Positions 29,020-44,773 of a stretch of 64,000 bases of DNA are shown here, one piece after another. Where the stretch lies: contig OZ024747.1 of NCBI GenBank assembly GCA_964016885.1, forward strand, positions 55,490,001 through 55,554,000. Direction: 5' to 3'. The notes under the pieces are model-generated. The model ran no database searches and was not told where the DNA came from. It saw only the letters and a list, made by a program, of their open reading frames with translations. Every line of letters begins with the position of its first letter. Within the stretch, counting starts at the first letter, position 1. Made by a program: the position numbers and the translations under genes. The DNA is from Eledone cirrhosa. Lineage: Eukaryota.

Positions 29020-29090
<71 letters not shown>

Positions 29091-29461
29091 ACACACATGA
29101 TGATTATTAGAGAAATAATTAAGTTATGATCGATATTTTCAGGCAATAAATCTTTAATAACTCGAAGTCCACTATTTGATATTCTATTGATTTATCTTTT
29201 CTTATTGATCGATCATATATAGAAATGACCACGGTTCTTTCAAGGAAAGACAGCAAACATTTATTTTATACCATCCACCCATAACCACCTCTGTTCTAAG
29301 CCTTAACTCTAAAACGTATTTTACACTTCAACAGACCTAATTCAACTACACACCATGTGTTAAGTGTAATTGTGTATAATGAAGAAGGCTTGCATATAAC
29401 ATGACACACATATAGGTATACACACGCACATATATATATATGCTAGAATTGTGTATTTGTA

Positions 29462-29520
<59 letters not shown>

Positions 29521-29596
29521 TATTCGTCTGTACTTCAGGACAAAATTATTTGTGCATTTCTCTCTCTCTTTCTCCCCCTCTCTCTTTCCTCTCTCA

Positions 29597-29696
<100 letters not shown>

Positions 29697-29749
29697 ATAT
29701 ATGTATATATATGTATATATATGTATATATATATGTATATATATGTATA

Positions 29750-29803
<54 letters not shown>

Positions 29804-29826
29804 CATATATATACATATATATATGT

Positions 29827-30214
<388 letters not shown>

Positions 30215-30599
30215 AATCTGAGAATCGTCTGACATTAATGCCAATAATATAATAAATATATACAATATTCTCTAATTTAGTATTGAGCACATTTTTCTGA
30301 TGTCTGCAAATCCATTTGGAAATGTGTCTATGTATATACATATAAGCTTTTACGTATATGTACACACACACAAAAACACACATGTATATATATATATATA
30401 TATATATACATACCTATATATATATATATATATATGTGGGTTTGTGCACTCACATATCCTTACACTTATATATCCATATATATATAATTTGTTATTGTTA
30501 AACATGTCGATGTGCTGCATTGACCTTCTAATTAATACTAATTCGAACACTTAATTACCCAACACCCACCCATGTGGTTTACTTCTGAAAATATCATAA

Positions 30600-30767
30600 T
30601 TGTTTCTATTTTTGGCACAAGGCCAGCAATTACACAGTACATTACTGGTACTTTATTTTATCAACCCCGTAAGGATGAAAGGCAAAGTTAACGTCGGCGT
30701 GATTTGAACTCAGATCATAAAGGGCCGTAACTCTATGCTGCAAAGCATGGCGTCCGACCCTCTACCG
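30600..30767 (-). mobile_element. tRNA-type SINE (plus a 5'-truncated copy at 30864-30936)
   Basis: TSD aaaatatcataat at 30588-30600 and 30774-30786; second copy has TSD gtataataat. Confidence 0.9.
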
Positions 30768-31135
30768 AGAATCAAAATATCATAATGAGCGTTGAACTGT
30801 TGTATGGAAACCCTTTATTTTTCTGTTAGAACTTTGGTTTTTCCAAGATATATTAGTATAATAATTGTTTCTACTTTTGGCACAAGGCCAGCAATTAACC
30901 AGTGCATTACTGGTACTTCATTTTATCGACCCCGTATAATAATGATGATGATGATGAATATCACAAACGTGCGCACACACAGACACATACACACACACAG
31001 ATGGCCAGCTGAATATGCACGTGTTTTTTTGAGGTGTGGGGGTGTTCCCTAATTTTTTCTCATATTCCCCGTTCCTTCCATTCATCACTCTTTACTTTCT
31101 ACTTTCTATTTATCTTCTATTTCTCACCCTATCAT

Positions 31136-31168
31136 CTGATGAAGGAGTAATGTCCGAAACGTTAAGAC
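31136..31168 (+). ncRNA. Decayed hammerhead-like core
   Basis: CTGATGA-aggagtaatgtcc-GAAA-cgttaaga; stems imperfect. Confidence 0.4.
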
Positions 31169-31722
31169 TCTCTTCCTGCTATTTCAAGTGTTAAACTAAT
31201 ATATTTCCTCAATGTTTGTCTTATTTTTGTTATCGCTGTTTACTTTCTACATGCATGAATATGTGTATGTGTGAATGTGTATGTGGTGAACGCAAGCCGC
31301 ATAGTGGGTAGAGGAATGGATTTAAAATTGTGAGGTTGTGAGTTCAATTTCCGGGCCGTGAGATACATTGTCTTCTTGGGCACGACAATTTATTTCACGT
31401 TAGAGAATATTAGCAATTGGAAAGACCGATTGTAACATCGTTTCCTAGGTCCGATTGAATGAGTTCCGCCCCAGCCGGTAAGTGAATGAGGTTTAGGATC
31501 TTGTCGATTTAGATTTATGTACTTATTTCTACATGAACAAGGGCAGAGCGAAGCTTCAATTCGACATATTATACTCGTATTCATATATAGCACGTTTCGC
31601 AAATATATTATTCTGAACTGCATAAAAGTTGTGTAATATGTAGCTCAGTTCTGGGTTTGATTTGCTCATGATACACAGTAAGAATCACAATCAGAATATA
31701 CACCTTTCAACCGCCCTATATG

Positions 31723-31911
31723 AGGGCGGTGAATTGGCAGTATCGGTAGAGGGTCGGACGCCATGCTTTGACGCATAGAGTTGCGGCCCTTGCCATTCTG
31801 AGTTCAAATCCCGCCGAGGTTAACTTTGCCTTTCATCCTTACGGGGTCGATAAAATAAAGGACCAGTAATACACTGGTATAATTGCTGGCCTTGTGCCAA
31901 AAGTAGAAACA
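31723..31911 (+). mobile_element. tRNA-type SINE
   Basis: Full-length copy of the 6530 family. Confidence 0.9.
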
Positions 31912-32422
31912 ATTATATATATATATATATAGTGTATAAATAACCCCATACTAAGCCATCTAAATACTGTTTTAATTATTGTGTACACCCTGGATTGCAG
32001 ATTCATATTTACAACATGTGAATTCTGTAAATTCATGGAGTGAGTGGATAGCGGCTGCAGCCATAGAAAGCTAGTCAAACAAAGGTTCAGAATGACTCTT
32101 CAATTTCTCAAAGAACTGACGAACACCCTAAAGTTGGTGCCACAACAAAATGCACCCGGTGCACGCTGTTTTTACGAGCATATATACTAGCTACATTTGC
32201 TAATAGTTACGGCCAGTGATGGTATATGAATTTACATGTATGTGTGTATGTGTATATTTGTGTGTGCTTTTGTCGGTATATTTCATTAAAAAAACAGCCG
32301 CATCTTATCGTCGATATATATAAATATAAACACAGTATCAACGGGAAATGCACAGAGTTTCGGATGCTGAACAGACCGCTGCATTTTTAACTCATCACCC
32401 ACCTTGCTGGCGTGCAATTATA

Positions 32423-32468
<46 letters not shown>

Positions 32469-32484
32469 TATTAATATATACACC

Positions 32485-32534
<50 letters not shown>

Positions 32535-32655
32535 TATAAAAGTAAAAATAAAACAATAACAAAGAGTGCAGTACGAAGGGTGTTGGTATGAGATTCACGC
32601 TTGAGAGTGATATATATATATATATATATATATTCGTATATACATAAATATATAG

Positions 32656-32686
<31 letters not shown>

Positions 32687-32707
32687 TTCACATATACGTC
32701 TATATAG

Positions 32708-32789
<82 letters not shown>

Positions 32790-32869
32790 CATATATATCA
32801 TATATATATACGTATATATATTATATATGTATACATTTATATATTATACATATATAATATATATACATA

Positions 32870-32942
<73 letters not shown>

Positions 32943-33348
32943 GCACATGTATATATGTATAATATATAAATGTATACATATATAATATATATACGTATAT
33001 ATATATATACGTATATATATTTGATTGCACATAAATATCTTATTTACCAATCGTAGAATCAGTCTAATTGAAGAAAATCAATGTAGATTTCTTTATTGAG
33101 ATTGCAACATCTATGGGCAATTTCCTCTCTTAGATTCCAAGTGAAATGTTTCTGGACAATGGCACATATTGTTACCAACGCAGATGAAATGGCGTTATTG
33201 TCAAGCTGGTCCCAGGAGATAAAACGTGGTTGAATTCTATAGGTCAACTGGAAGTTTAACCTCTTGAAAGATGAAAAAATATATCCAATATTGGTCTGTT
33301 CAAATATGTGTGTATGTATGTATGTAATATATATATATATATATATAA

Positions 33349-33475
<127 letters not shown>

Positions 33476-33594
33476 TTCTCATAACTGTCTACTGAAATTA
33501 TACGTATATGTATACTGTAGGTTCTAACATATGTAATCATAAATAAATAAATATATATGTGTGTGAGGTATGTATGTATGGATATACATGTATA

Positions 33595-33680
<86 letters not shown>

Positions 33681-33692
33681 AATAGATATAGA

Positions 33693-33746
<54 letters not shown>

Positions 33747-33786
33747 AATATATATATATATGTATATATATATAAATATATATATA

Positions 33787-33854
<68 letters not shown>

Positions 33855-36159
33855 AATATATATATATTTAAATATATATATATATATATATAAATATGGA
33901 ATCATATTATTCGACAAAATAGAAAGTGTGCTATACACAACTGGGTTAAATATATCCAGTGTTATATATATATATCTATATATATATATATATATACACA
34001 CACACTTATACACATATACGTATGATAATACATTTATATATGTATATATATGTGTGTTTGCGCGTATGCCTGTGTATATATGTTTGCGTATATATGTGTG
34101 TGTGCGTAAGTGGGGAGCAGTTTTTCTTGCCAGCATTTTATATGTACTCCAGTTTTATTAATTTTATTTAGGAATTTTCACATTTCTGTATTAGTTCTCT
34201 TTATGCTTTGTTTGAGATAATAGACTTCCTAAATCTATGTGTGCGTTAATATTTCGAGATATTTACAACCGCCTCCTCAGATTGAAAACTATAATACTAG
34301 TAGTGTATATGTTGTGCTCACTCGGCTATAGAAATGAGTTGCGACGTCACTGGTGCCAAGCTGAGTCGTCCTTAACTTTTCCAATGGACATCATCGATGG
34401 TGTGAAGAGGGGAAGTTTAGTATGTCTGGGTGTCTACTAATCTGCCACATAATATACACTGTCCGGGCTAGTTTCTAGGGAACTTTCTACGTTCAAAGCC
34501 TAATGTTGCCCGAAAGTGTGTATTTACCTTTACACTTTATATGTGTATGTGTGTATGTATTCATACATACATACTGATATGTCTAAGAAATTAGTGTGCG
34601 AGTGGTAGAACATACAGTTAGAAGTAAAATAAATTTAATGAGAAACAGATTAAAGTGTGAATGAGAAAAATGACAGTTCTGTTTTATAACAGAAAAGTGT
34701 TTATACTTCATCATTTTGAACTATTTTAGATCCCTATTCTTCGAACTTATTCACAATCCATTAGAACTCTCTGTCTTTCTCGATTTCGTTTAATAAATCC
34801 GCAGTTTTTTCTTAATGCTTACTTCGAGTGAAAATCTGTTTTTCATGGATTATTCTAGGATGAATATATACCTCTGTTATAGTAATTTTCATTGTTTAAA
34901 ATTCATAAATGCTGAGTAATTTACTGGGCCGCCATTTGCTTATAATAGTGAGTGATTGGGAGAATGAGTGAGACGGAGGCATTGACTATACCAGCATTGC
35001 TGAAGTATTTCATAAATTTAAAGGCTAAGTGATCTTGGAAATCACTAACATATAGTTTAAATTCACTGATGAAATCGCGTGGAAAACCATGGGTAATTAG
35101 TAAATCATTAGTAACGCAGTTATTATTTGGGGAACACATATTTATGTGGTTGGAGGCATAGAACTATAGGAAAACTCATCGTTAGAACAGCAGCCGTTAA
35201 AGCAGCTTAATGCTGTCAAAAACAGCGATGGGGCAACACTGAATCAGAGGACAGAGATCAGCAGCCAGTAGTCAACAAAGAGACAATTCACAATATGAGT
35301 GACAGGCAGATGAAATATAGAAAAGATTAAAAGAGAAAGAGGTGGAAGAGGACAAGGACAAGTGCACTGGCACACAGAAATGACTGGATGAAGGAAATAA
35401 AGAAAGACGCTGTGCAAGACAAGTTTGCAAACACACATACATCTTCACTCTCATCAGTTCTCAAACCAGAAAAATGGTTTCGCACGATTTAATCAGATAA
35501 AGGATTTTCTTTAGTGTATTGTGGAGAAAATGTGGCTAACATTTGATTGCTTGTAAATGTTGTTGAAATTCTGGAATACTTGTATAAAGATAGATAAAAT
35601 ATGGTTAGTGGCCCTAATGGGGGGGGGGTATGGTAGTGAAGTTGTTGGCACAATAGAATCAACGGTAAAACTGAAGGTAATTAGATGGTAATATACAAAA
35701 TTGGAGGTAACAATTTTATTAAAATCGCGGCAGCATGTGGGCAAAATATAATAGAAAAATATCAATGTTTAATGCAACAGATTCCAGTTTTATAGTCTCC
35801 CAGTTCACTCATATACTACCTCTTCAACTGTCTACTATTCCAGTTTTTGTACTATACTCAATGTACTTACCAGGGAGCCCACTATCGATTGAAAACCAAT
35901 GTTGTCTATTGATTAGTCATGGCTTATTTGCTACTAGTTCCACGCCTGATATCTTCATAGACATTATTGGATTGAGACTGAATCTTCAATTCAACCATAT
36001 TAAAACAAATTCTACCAATAAAAATGTTAACTGCTTGCAAAGACGTTTTGATTTTTTTCAAATGTTAACCTTTTTAGCCCTAGTTATTTCTTTTCTTACA
36101 AAACGGAGGATTGTGTGTGTGTTTTGTTTTATATTTCCATTGTTTGGTGTGTGTGTATA

Positions 36160-36905
<746 letters not shown>

Positions 36906-37174
36906 TGTCTATAATTATCCTTACTGCTAAAGTTGTGGATCTTTTGTTAGTTTCCAATCAAGAGAAGTGTGGAAGAGAGCTAATGTGAAAAGACCTCAAC
37001 TTCAATAATACAACCCCATCTCAAAAATATTGAACTGCTTTTATTCTTTTTTTTTTAAGTCAGATGATTGGATAAATTCAATTACTCTCACAACTTCACT
37101 TCATAGAGCAAATATATATATATATATATATACATTTGTGTGCGTATATATATATATATATATACATATATATA

Positions 37175-37248
<74 letters not shown>

Positions 37249-37326
37249 CATACATGTGTGTGTGTGTGTATATATATATAGAGAGAGAGATAGATATATA
37301 CATATATATAAATATATATATATACA

Positions 37327-37375
<49 letters not shown>

Positions 37376-37416
37376 TTGTGTGCGTATATATATATATATA
37401 TATATACATATATATA

Positions 37417-37469
<53 letters not shown>

Positions 37470-37508
37470 ATATATATATATACATATATATAAATATATA
37501 TATATACA

Positions 37509-37566
<58 letters not shown>

Positions 37567-37796
37567 TGTGTCTGTATGTGTGTGTGTGTGTATATATATA
37601 TACATAACGAAAGTATCGGTATATAAAAATTATATCGACTTGCTGACCAATAAACCCACAATGTATAGGCACTAACATTCACGAACAGAGGGAACTCACA
37701 AGATATCAACTTTTATATCTCGTACAAAAAACATATAGAACTTATAATCAGTTAAGACAATAGGTGCAATTAACAGCAGTGGTTTATATATATATA

Positions 37797-39400
37797 ACGA
37801 AGGAAGTGTGGTAAGGAACCAGGTGGACCATGACGCACCGGGTCACCACCCAGGAAGTTATCTCATGGTTGAGGAATATTGAGGAAAAACGAGACACCAA
37901 ATTCATCCAGTTCGACATAGAGAGCTATTACGTCTCTATTACCCTACCTCTCCTTACAGCCGTTTTGGACTTTGCCAAAACACTCACACCCATCACCGAC
38001 CAGGAAAGAAACATCATTTTCCACGCCAGGAAGTCAGTCCTCGTCTTTGACAACTCCTATTGGATAAAGAGAGCACCCGACTCCCCCTTCAACGTCAGTA
38101 TGGGCGCCACCGACTCGGCAGAGGTGACCGATCTTATAGGATTATGCCTACTACATAAACTCACCGAAATGTTTCCTGCATTCAGCGGTGGATTGTACCG
38201 AGACGATGGGCTCCTTACCCTCAAAGGGTACAACCCCAGTAGTACGGAGCGGATCCGTAAACACCTAATCAATTTCTTCCGGGACTGAAGATTTAAAATC
38301 ACCCTACAGACGTCCCTAACCCGAGTCAATTTCTTGGACGTTACCCTCATCCTCGAAAATTCTCTGTACTACCCATACAGGAAACCAAACGACTACCTTC
38401 ACTACATCCATCGCCCCTCTAACCATCCTTGAAACATCACCAATAACCTGGTTTAAAAAAATCTCCCTCCGCATATCTTGTTTGTCCGCTAATGTGCATA
38501 TATTCGATGAACATGCGCCATATTACAATCAGGCCGTCATGCGGAGCGGTTTTCGGGAGGAAATCTCCTTTTACCCAGCTTCCCTTAACAGAACCAGCAG
38601 GCGACTTCGCCGCTCACGCCACGTAACGTGATTCAACCCTCCCCACAATTCCTAGGTTGCAACACCAATTGGGAAAATCTTCTTTCGGCTCCTCGAAAAG
38701 TACTTCCCACCACAACACTTCTACCACAACATAATCAACAAAAACACTATCAAACTCTCGTACAGCACCACACCCAACAACGCACAAAACATCGCCTTCT
38801 CAAACAACAAGACACTCAATTCCTATGGAAGAAACAACCTACACATTAGTGGAGAGCCGACCAGGAGGTGTAACTGCCCTGATAGATCTACGTGCCGCCT
38901 CAACAACAGATGCCGCGAAGGTAACGTGATCTACCAATGCAACGTGAGGACGGAAAACTCCAACAAAGCCTATATAGGATTAACCGCTTGTGACTTTAAG
39001 ACCCGGCTTTACCAACAACGACAAACGTTCAGAAACCCGGCCTGGCGACATGCCACTACACTTTCAGGCCACATCTGGGACCTCCAAGATATTGACATCA
39101 CATACCATCTTACTTGGAGCTTACTTCCCAGCGCTAACTCCAACACGGGAGGACGCCGTCCGTGTAACTTATGCTCGGAGGAAACAATACAAATGCTGTT
39201 TACGAGGGACCAACTCCTAAACAAAAAAGGCGAACTTGTCACCGATTGCGTAGGACTTACCTCGCCCTCATGATCCGATTGAGTAGACAATGGCTGTAAC
39301 ATCCTTCTTTTCCTCACTTGCCGAAAAGATAGGGGCACCAGCATACATAGGTAGATGTATTTATTTTCTTTTTTCCCTTCATCTCTTCTCACTTCATTCC
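37797..39400 (+). mobile_element. 5'-truncated, decayed Penelope-like (Naiad-type) element preceded by an inverted family B tail
   Basis: FIQFDIESYY, MGATDSAEVTDLIG, GLYRDDGL, VNFLDVTL, YPYRKPN, SNHP, CNCPDRSTCRLNNRC, VIYQC..AYIGLT, CNLCSEE; stops at ~38286, ~38430, ~38628 and a frameshift near 38460. Confidence 0.92.
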
Positions 39401-39489
39401 AACCACTCTCCTCCTTCCTTTCCTTTTTCCTCTTTCGCTTGCCCTGAGGCAGCCCATCGGGCTTTTGTAACCTCAGTACCCTCCTGTAC

Positions 39490-39568
39490 CCTTTTGTAAC
39501 CTCCTGTATTGTCCTATACTGTCCTTAATGTCTACTTTGAGTAAACCCTTGTGGTTAATGAAGAAAGC
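39490..39568 (+). mobile_element. 3' UTR remnant of Tx1-like LINE ending in (ATT)n
   Basis: cctgtattgtcctatactgtccttaatgtctacttt...cccttgtggttaatgaagaaagc matches 42380-42446. Confidence 0.85.
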
Positions 39569-39574
39569 ATTATT

Positions 39575-39605
<31 letters not shown>

Positions 39606-39612
39606 TTATTAT

Positions 39613-39969
39613 AATTTGAGTCTCAGTCATTGATGTTATTTAACTGGAAAGTTTGTTGAAATGAATATCAAGCCGCTACCTGCAGCCTCAGGTATTCAGG
39701 ACGTATCGGAGGGTTCTTGCTGTTCCCAGCAAGAATGCCTTTTGAAGTGTTCCAAAAAGCGGGACTGGACTAATCTTCTTTAACCATCCTTGTAAACTCT
39801 TTGAGATAGTTCCTAGCGCGCCTATGACAATCGGGACGACTTTGACTTCTTGGCAATTCCAAATCCTTTTTACCTCCCACTTTAAGTCCTGGTATCGGTT
39901 AATTTTCTCCCTCTCCTTTTCTTGTACTTTCGTCTCAAATGGGCAGGCTACATCTACAATCACGATATT
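39613..39969 (-). mobile_element. 3' fragment of an R4/Dong-type non-LTR element (restriction-like endonuclease) in (TAA)n
   Basis: ORF 39688-39963: IVDVACPFE..KEREKINRYQDL..VVPIVIGALG..LQKAFLLGTARTLRYVL; taataataa at both ends. Confidence 0.8.
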
Positions 39970-39978
39970 TTTATTATT

Positions 39979-42446
39979 AGCGACACTTCGCTCAACTGTT
40001 CGGGGGCAGTGGCGGGCCGGATCGAGGGATGGACTTTAGTGTCTACCTCGACGGACTGCCGCGGCATTCGGCAACTGAGGCGGAGTGTTGCGAAAAGCCG
40101 ATAACAACCGCTGAAGTACGGGATGCAATGACTGGCTGCACAAGGGGTAAATCGCCTGGTTTGGATGGTCTGCCCTATGAACTTTACGTACAAATGCCAA
40201 ACTTGTTCGGAGGCCTCTTGGCGGACGTCTACTGCAACTGGCAACAGAACGGGAGAATTCCCAGCTCTGTGAGCCGAGGAGCGGTGGCGCTGCTGAGAAA
40301 GGATCCGAACAAGGGGGATAACATAGATAATTTTAGGCCCATAACTCTGCTAAACACAGAGTTCAAGATTTTGGCCAAGGTGCTAGCAAAGAGGTTGGCG
40401 CTTGTCGTTGGTGGTCTGGTGGGAGAGGCACAGACATGCGCCATTCCCGACAGATCCATCCACGACAACCTCCACCTCATGCGATACATCGTAGAGAGGG
40501 TAGCTAAGGAACCTGGCACGGGTGGGTCTTTGATCAATTTAGATCAGTCGAAAGCCTTCGATAGGGTCGACCATCGTTACCTAGCGGCAGTCCTGAGGGC
40601 GGCTGGCTTTGGGCCCGTCTTCAGAGGCTGGATCGCTGCCATGCACAGCGACATCTGCTCTGTAGTGAGAGTGAACGGTCACCTTTCGGAACCGTTCAAC
40701 ATCATGCGCTCGGTCCGCCAAGGATGTCCCCTCTCGTCCCTATTGTACGTATTGACTCTCCAGCCATTACTGCACAAACTGGAGACGTTGAGGGGGTCCC
40801 GCGTGAGCTAGGATGCGGAAGATCCGTGTCAGCATATGCCGACGATGTCACCGTAGTGGTGTCGAACGCCAAACACATCGAGGCGATCGGCACTACACTA
40901 AGAGAATACGAAGCGGTGACAGGAGCAATGATCAACCAGGAAAAGTCAGTGGGCCTGCAGCTCGGCACCTGGAGAGGCAAGTACATGCCATCCAACAGCG
41001 TCGTCGGGCGCTGGACGGACGGGCCGATTAAATTGCTAGGGGTCTGGTTCGGTCCAGACCTCCAGACGGACAAAAACTGGGACGAGGTGACGAGCAGGGT
41101 GGCTTCTCTCACCCAGAAATGGGCCGAGAGGAAGCTATCCCTGAAAGGTCGAGCGGAGGTGGCTAACGCGTACATCGCGTCCGTCATCTACTACCGCCTG
41201 ACCGTCGTACCTTGTCCTAAGCCCCGCCTGACTGCGCTGGAGCGTTTGCTCTTTCGCTTCTTGTGGAAGGGACGCGCTCCGATGGTCAGGCGGTCCATCT
41301 GCTGTCAACACCCGCTACGTGGAGGGCTGGGCATGCCGTGGCTGATGATGCGCAGACACGCGCTCAGGCTACGACATCTCCACCTCTTCCTCGACGGTGA
41401 TCAGGTGTGGTCGCCGTTTGCTAGACACGTTTTTCCTCAGCTCGTCTCTTTGACGGAGCTGCAGTCCTGGGTCAAGCGAAGACCGAGAGGGAGCACTTGG
41501 AGACTGGAATGTCTTCAGGCGCTCACAGCCCTCGACCAATCGGGCAATGTGATCGGTGGAAACTCCACCTTGGCGTTCTATAGGGGATTAGTGGAGGGGA
41601 AGAGCGACGACGTACTTGGAGAAACTCTCGGCGTCGACGAAAATCAACTAGCCAATCTCTTCGGAAGGACTTTCGGGCCGGGGCCTATGGACAACTTCCA
41701 GAAATCCCTGGCCTGGCAGTGCTACCGAGGAGCTTTGCCAGTTCGGGATAAACTCTACAGGCATGGAGGTGCCGTCAGCCGGGCATGTCCGAGATGCGCG
41801 CAGGGCGACGAAACCGTCCTGCACGCACTCGTTCAGTGTCCGAGCATTGCTGACTTGTGTGTTTATGTCGAACACCTGCTGTCACGTGTAGGACGGATCC
41901 GGCTATCAGCTGAGTCCATCGTGAGGATTGCCCCGCCCCCTTCCTTTAGCCTGGAAGGGCAGGCAGTTTTTATCTGTCTGGTGGCCATGGCGAAAGAGAT
42001 AGTATGGTGGACACGTTTGAAAGGGCTGAAGACGAGCACTTACCTCTTCGGTGATGCCCTGATTAACTTTTTCAAATTTCATTTGAAAAGGAAAATCAGG
42101 GTAGAGAGGGAAGTGCTCTCTTCCCAGCATTTTCTTGAAAGATGGGTGAGAGAAGCAAGTATGGCCCGAATGAATGGGCCTTCTCTGAGTATGTGTATGT
42201 AAATTAAAGGTGGAAAACTGGGAGAGGGCACTTGCCCTGGTGGTCAGGGCCACTGTGGTCTTTTAATGGGCTTTCTCCACAAATGTCCCTTGGAAGTCTC
42301 CCCCCTATTGGGGAATTTTTCTTTGTTATTTTATTTCAACCTCTGTTTTTTTTACACGCAGAAATGCCCATTTGTACCGTCCTGTATTGTCCTGTACTGT
42401 CCTTAATGTCTACTTTATGTGAACCCTTGTGGTTAATAAAGAAAAC
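39979..42446 (+). mobile_element. 5'-truncated Tx1-like LINE
   Basis: Near-identical to 45968-48442; ORFs 40029-40811 and 40724-42202 separated by a 1-bp loss in a G run at ~40792. Confidence 0.95.
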
Positions 42447-42659
42447 ATTATCATTATTATTATTATTATTATTGAATGCCATGGTTGACGGAGGCTCGGC
42501 TCTGTAAATTGTAAATTGTTTAAAACTTGAACCAAATTGTTGATAAAGACACCCTCCTCCTCGTGAGAGGGGTCTTTCTGTCCGTTATTTGGCCCTTCGG
42601 GGTTAAATAACCAGTTATTGGGGTTTTGTACCCAATATTCATTTTAAACAAAAAACAAC

Positions 42660-44738
42660 ATGGCTACGAAAAAGAAATTTCATACGTCACTCCCACTCAT
42701 TCCGTCTTCTTCTTCCTCAATCATCACTACAGCAGAGAGAAGATTGTATCTCTCCCTCCCTTCTTTAAATGTGTCTCTCCCCCTCCCTTCTCTTTCGCAA
42801 GTGACGAAAGAAAAGAAAAGTCTCGTGCAAAGCGTGCAAGGTTTCTCCACGACGACGACGACAGCGACGAAACAGGTGTGCGGGAAATACGAAAACCCAG
42901 TTCATTCGTCTGACGTCAGGAATAATAGCAGTAGCAGCCGTAATAACAACAGCAACAGTGACAATGAAAACAACAGTAGCAGCCGCAACAGCATCACCAG
43001 CAGCATAAACAACAACAGCATTAGCAGCAGCAACACCAACAACAACCACAGCAACAGCGGCGGAGGCAGTAGTCGTAGTACCTGCAGCAACAACAAAAGT
43101 ACCAGCAGCTCTGACGACAACAACAACAGCAGAGAAAAACCAATCTCATTTGCAGGTATTGCGAAAAACTTGGAAACAATCCTCATAACAAATGAGGAAT
43201 TAGAGGAAGCGAAGAAGATGGTTACAAAGAACGGACACCGAGCAATCTGCAAGGCAGCGGAAAAATGTTTCGAAACCCAAGAGCACTGTACGGTCACGTA
43301 CCGTACAGTAAGTACAAAATCCCGTAGGGTGGAAAGAGCCACAGAGGCCCAAATACAAAAAGCCTTGGGGTCTGTGTGGCAGCGGAAAACGCACATCACC
43401 CGAGGCAAAAAATATGCCACCGTAGACGTACTTTTTGCCACACCCCAGGAGGCAAAGGCCCAATCAGTAGTGACCCTAAGGAGCGAGGAAATGGTGTTGG
43501 TGCCCTCCTACTGTGGGCAAAAAATTGTGAGGGTCAAACTAACCCACGTCCCCCCCGGAATGACCCCTTCTTGGCTGGCCGCGTCTGTCCTCGTCGGAAT
43601 CGAGGACAAAACAACTGTACTGCAAGTACAGAAAAAAGTAAGAGAAGATTGGGTCGGCTCCTCCATTGAGATGCTAATCCAAACCAACCAGGAGTGCATC
43701 GAAGCTATCCCGGATGTGATAGACTTCGATAACGGCACTCAACTGCCCATAAGTGTTGAGGGCAAACGCCCGAAATGCTTTCGCTGTGGATCGAAGACTC
43801 ACCTCAGGGCCTTCTGCAACGAGAAGACACTGAGAAAGGAGAAAACCCCCCTCCTTCCGAATCCGGCTTCACGGCTACCAGCAACAGGACAAGCGGCAAC
43901 CAGGAACGATAGGTCCGTGGCACCCATACCCACTCCACGGAAATCAAAAACAGCAGCAGCAGTGGAAATATTAACAACAACAACAGCAATACCAAATGCA
44001 GCTGCAACAGAGACTCCAGTGCAAACATCACCAACAACAAGTGAAAGAGTGGAGCTGGTACCCCTCCCCGACCTCACAGAATCAGACATGGAGTGTGAGG
44101 TGGGAGAGGGATGGCAAAAGGTCGTAAGAAGGCACAAACGCAGCAGCAGCGCATCGTCGCCTTTGAAAAGGGAGGAAAGAAATGAGAAAAGGGTAAAGTC
44201 TACTGCAAAGAGACCCACAGCAGCAACAACACCAACACCATCACCACCCACACTAGCACCACCATCACCACCGCCAACAACACCTTTAACACCACCACCA
44301 CAAGCACCAACATCGCAAACACAACAACAAAACACACACACCCAGCAACAACGACAAGAAAATAGTAGAACCACACCCCACCCCCAGAAAAACAAATGCA
44401 CGGCAATAAATACACACAACAAGAAACTAATGACTTACATAATTGAACACACAGACATTTCACAACAGGACTACATAATACCAGCACCAATCAAAACGCC
44501 AACTAACATAAGACTGCTAAAAATAGCACAGAAACAATACACAAACATTAAAACGAAATTCCCCAACGCAGTTGGTGATTTCAGGGACCTAGGAGGAACC
44601 ATCAATCGAAGAGTATACTCAGACATTCTCTTAGAAGAGCCGACGACCAGCCGAAGGGACGATTCAACGGTCCCTTCACCAGACGATCAAGTGAAAAGGG
44701 ATGTAAAAACCATCCCTCCTCTACCAAAAGTACGGTAA
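42660..44738 (+). CDS. LINE ORF1 (gag-like, CCHC zinc knuckle)
   Basis: 692-aa open frame; CFRCGSKTHLRAFC = CX2CX4HX4C; directly upstream of the APE ORF. Confidence 0.85.
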   Translation: MATKKKFHTSLPLIPSSSSSIITTAERRLYLSLPSLNVSLPLPSLSQVTKEKKSLVQSVQGFSTTTTTATKQVCGKYENPVHSSDVRNNSSSSRNNNSNSDNENNSSSRNSITSSINNNSISSSNTNNNHSNSGGGSSRSTCSNNKSTSSSDDNNNSREKPISFAGIAKNLETILITNEELEEAKKMVTKNGHRAICKAAEKCFETQEHCTVTYRTVSTKSRRVERATEAQIQKALGSVWQRKTHITRGKKYATVDVLFATPQEAKAQSVVTLRSEEMVLVPSYCGQKIVRVKLTHVPPGMTPSWLAASVLVGIEDKTTVLQVQKKVREDWVGSSIEMLIQTNQECIEAIPDVIDFDNGTQLPISVEGKRPKCFRCGSKTHLRAFCNEKTLRKEKTPLLPNPASRLPATGQAATRNDRSVAPIPTPRKSKTAAAVEILTTTTAIPNAAATETPVQTSPTTSERVELVPLPDLTESDMECEVGEGWQKVVRRHKRSSSASSPLKREERNEKRVKSTAKRPTAATTPTPSPPTLAPPSPPPTTPLTPPPQAPTSQTQQQNTHTQQQRQENSRTTPHPQKNKCTAINTHNKKLMTYIIEHTDISQQDYIIPAPIKTPTNIRLLKIAQKQYTNIKTKFPNAVGDFRDLGGTINRRVYSDILLEEPTTSRRDDSTVPSPDDQVKRDVKTIPPLPKVR

Positions 44739-44773
44739 GTGGTCTTTCCCATCTTTTCCACTCTATTTTAAAC

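Noticed and set aside
34310-34530. Possible old SINE fragments here and at 10450-10610 and 58630-58760
   Set aside because: Resemble repeats from recollection or weak similarity only; no clear second copy or TSD in the window.
38286-38630. In-frame TGA codons as selenocysteine (described for some Naiad elements)
   Set aside because: The TGAs do not fall at the conserved Cys positions (e.g. T*FNPP replaces Trp), all CxC..C..C residues are normal Cys, and TAA/TAG stops and a frameshift co-occur: ordinary decay.
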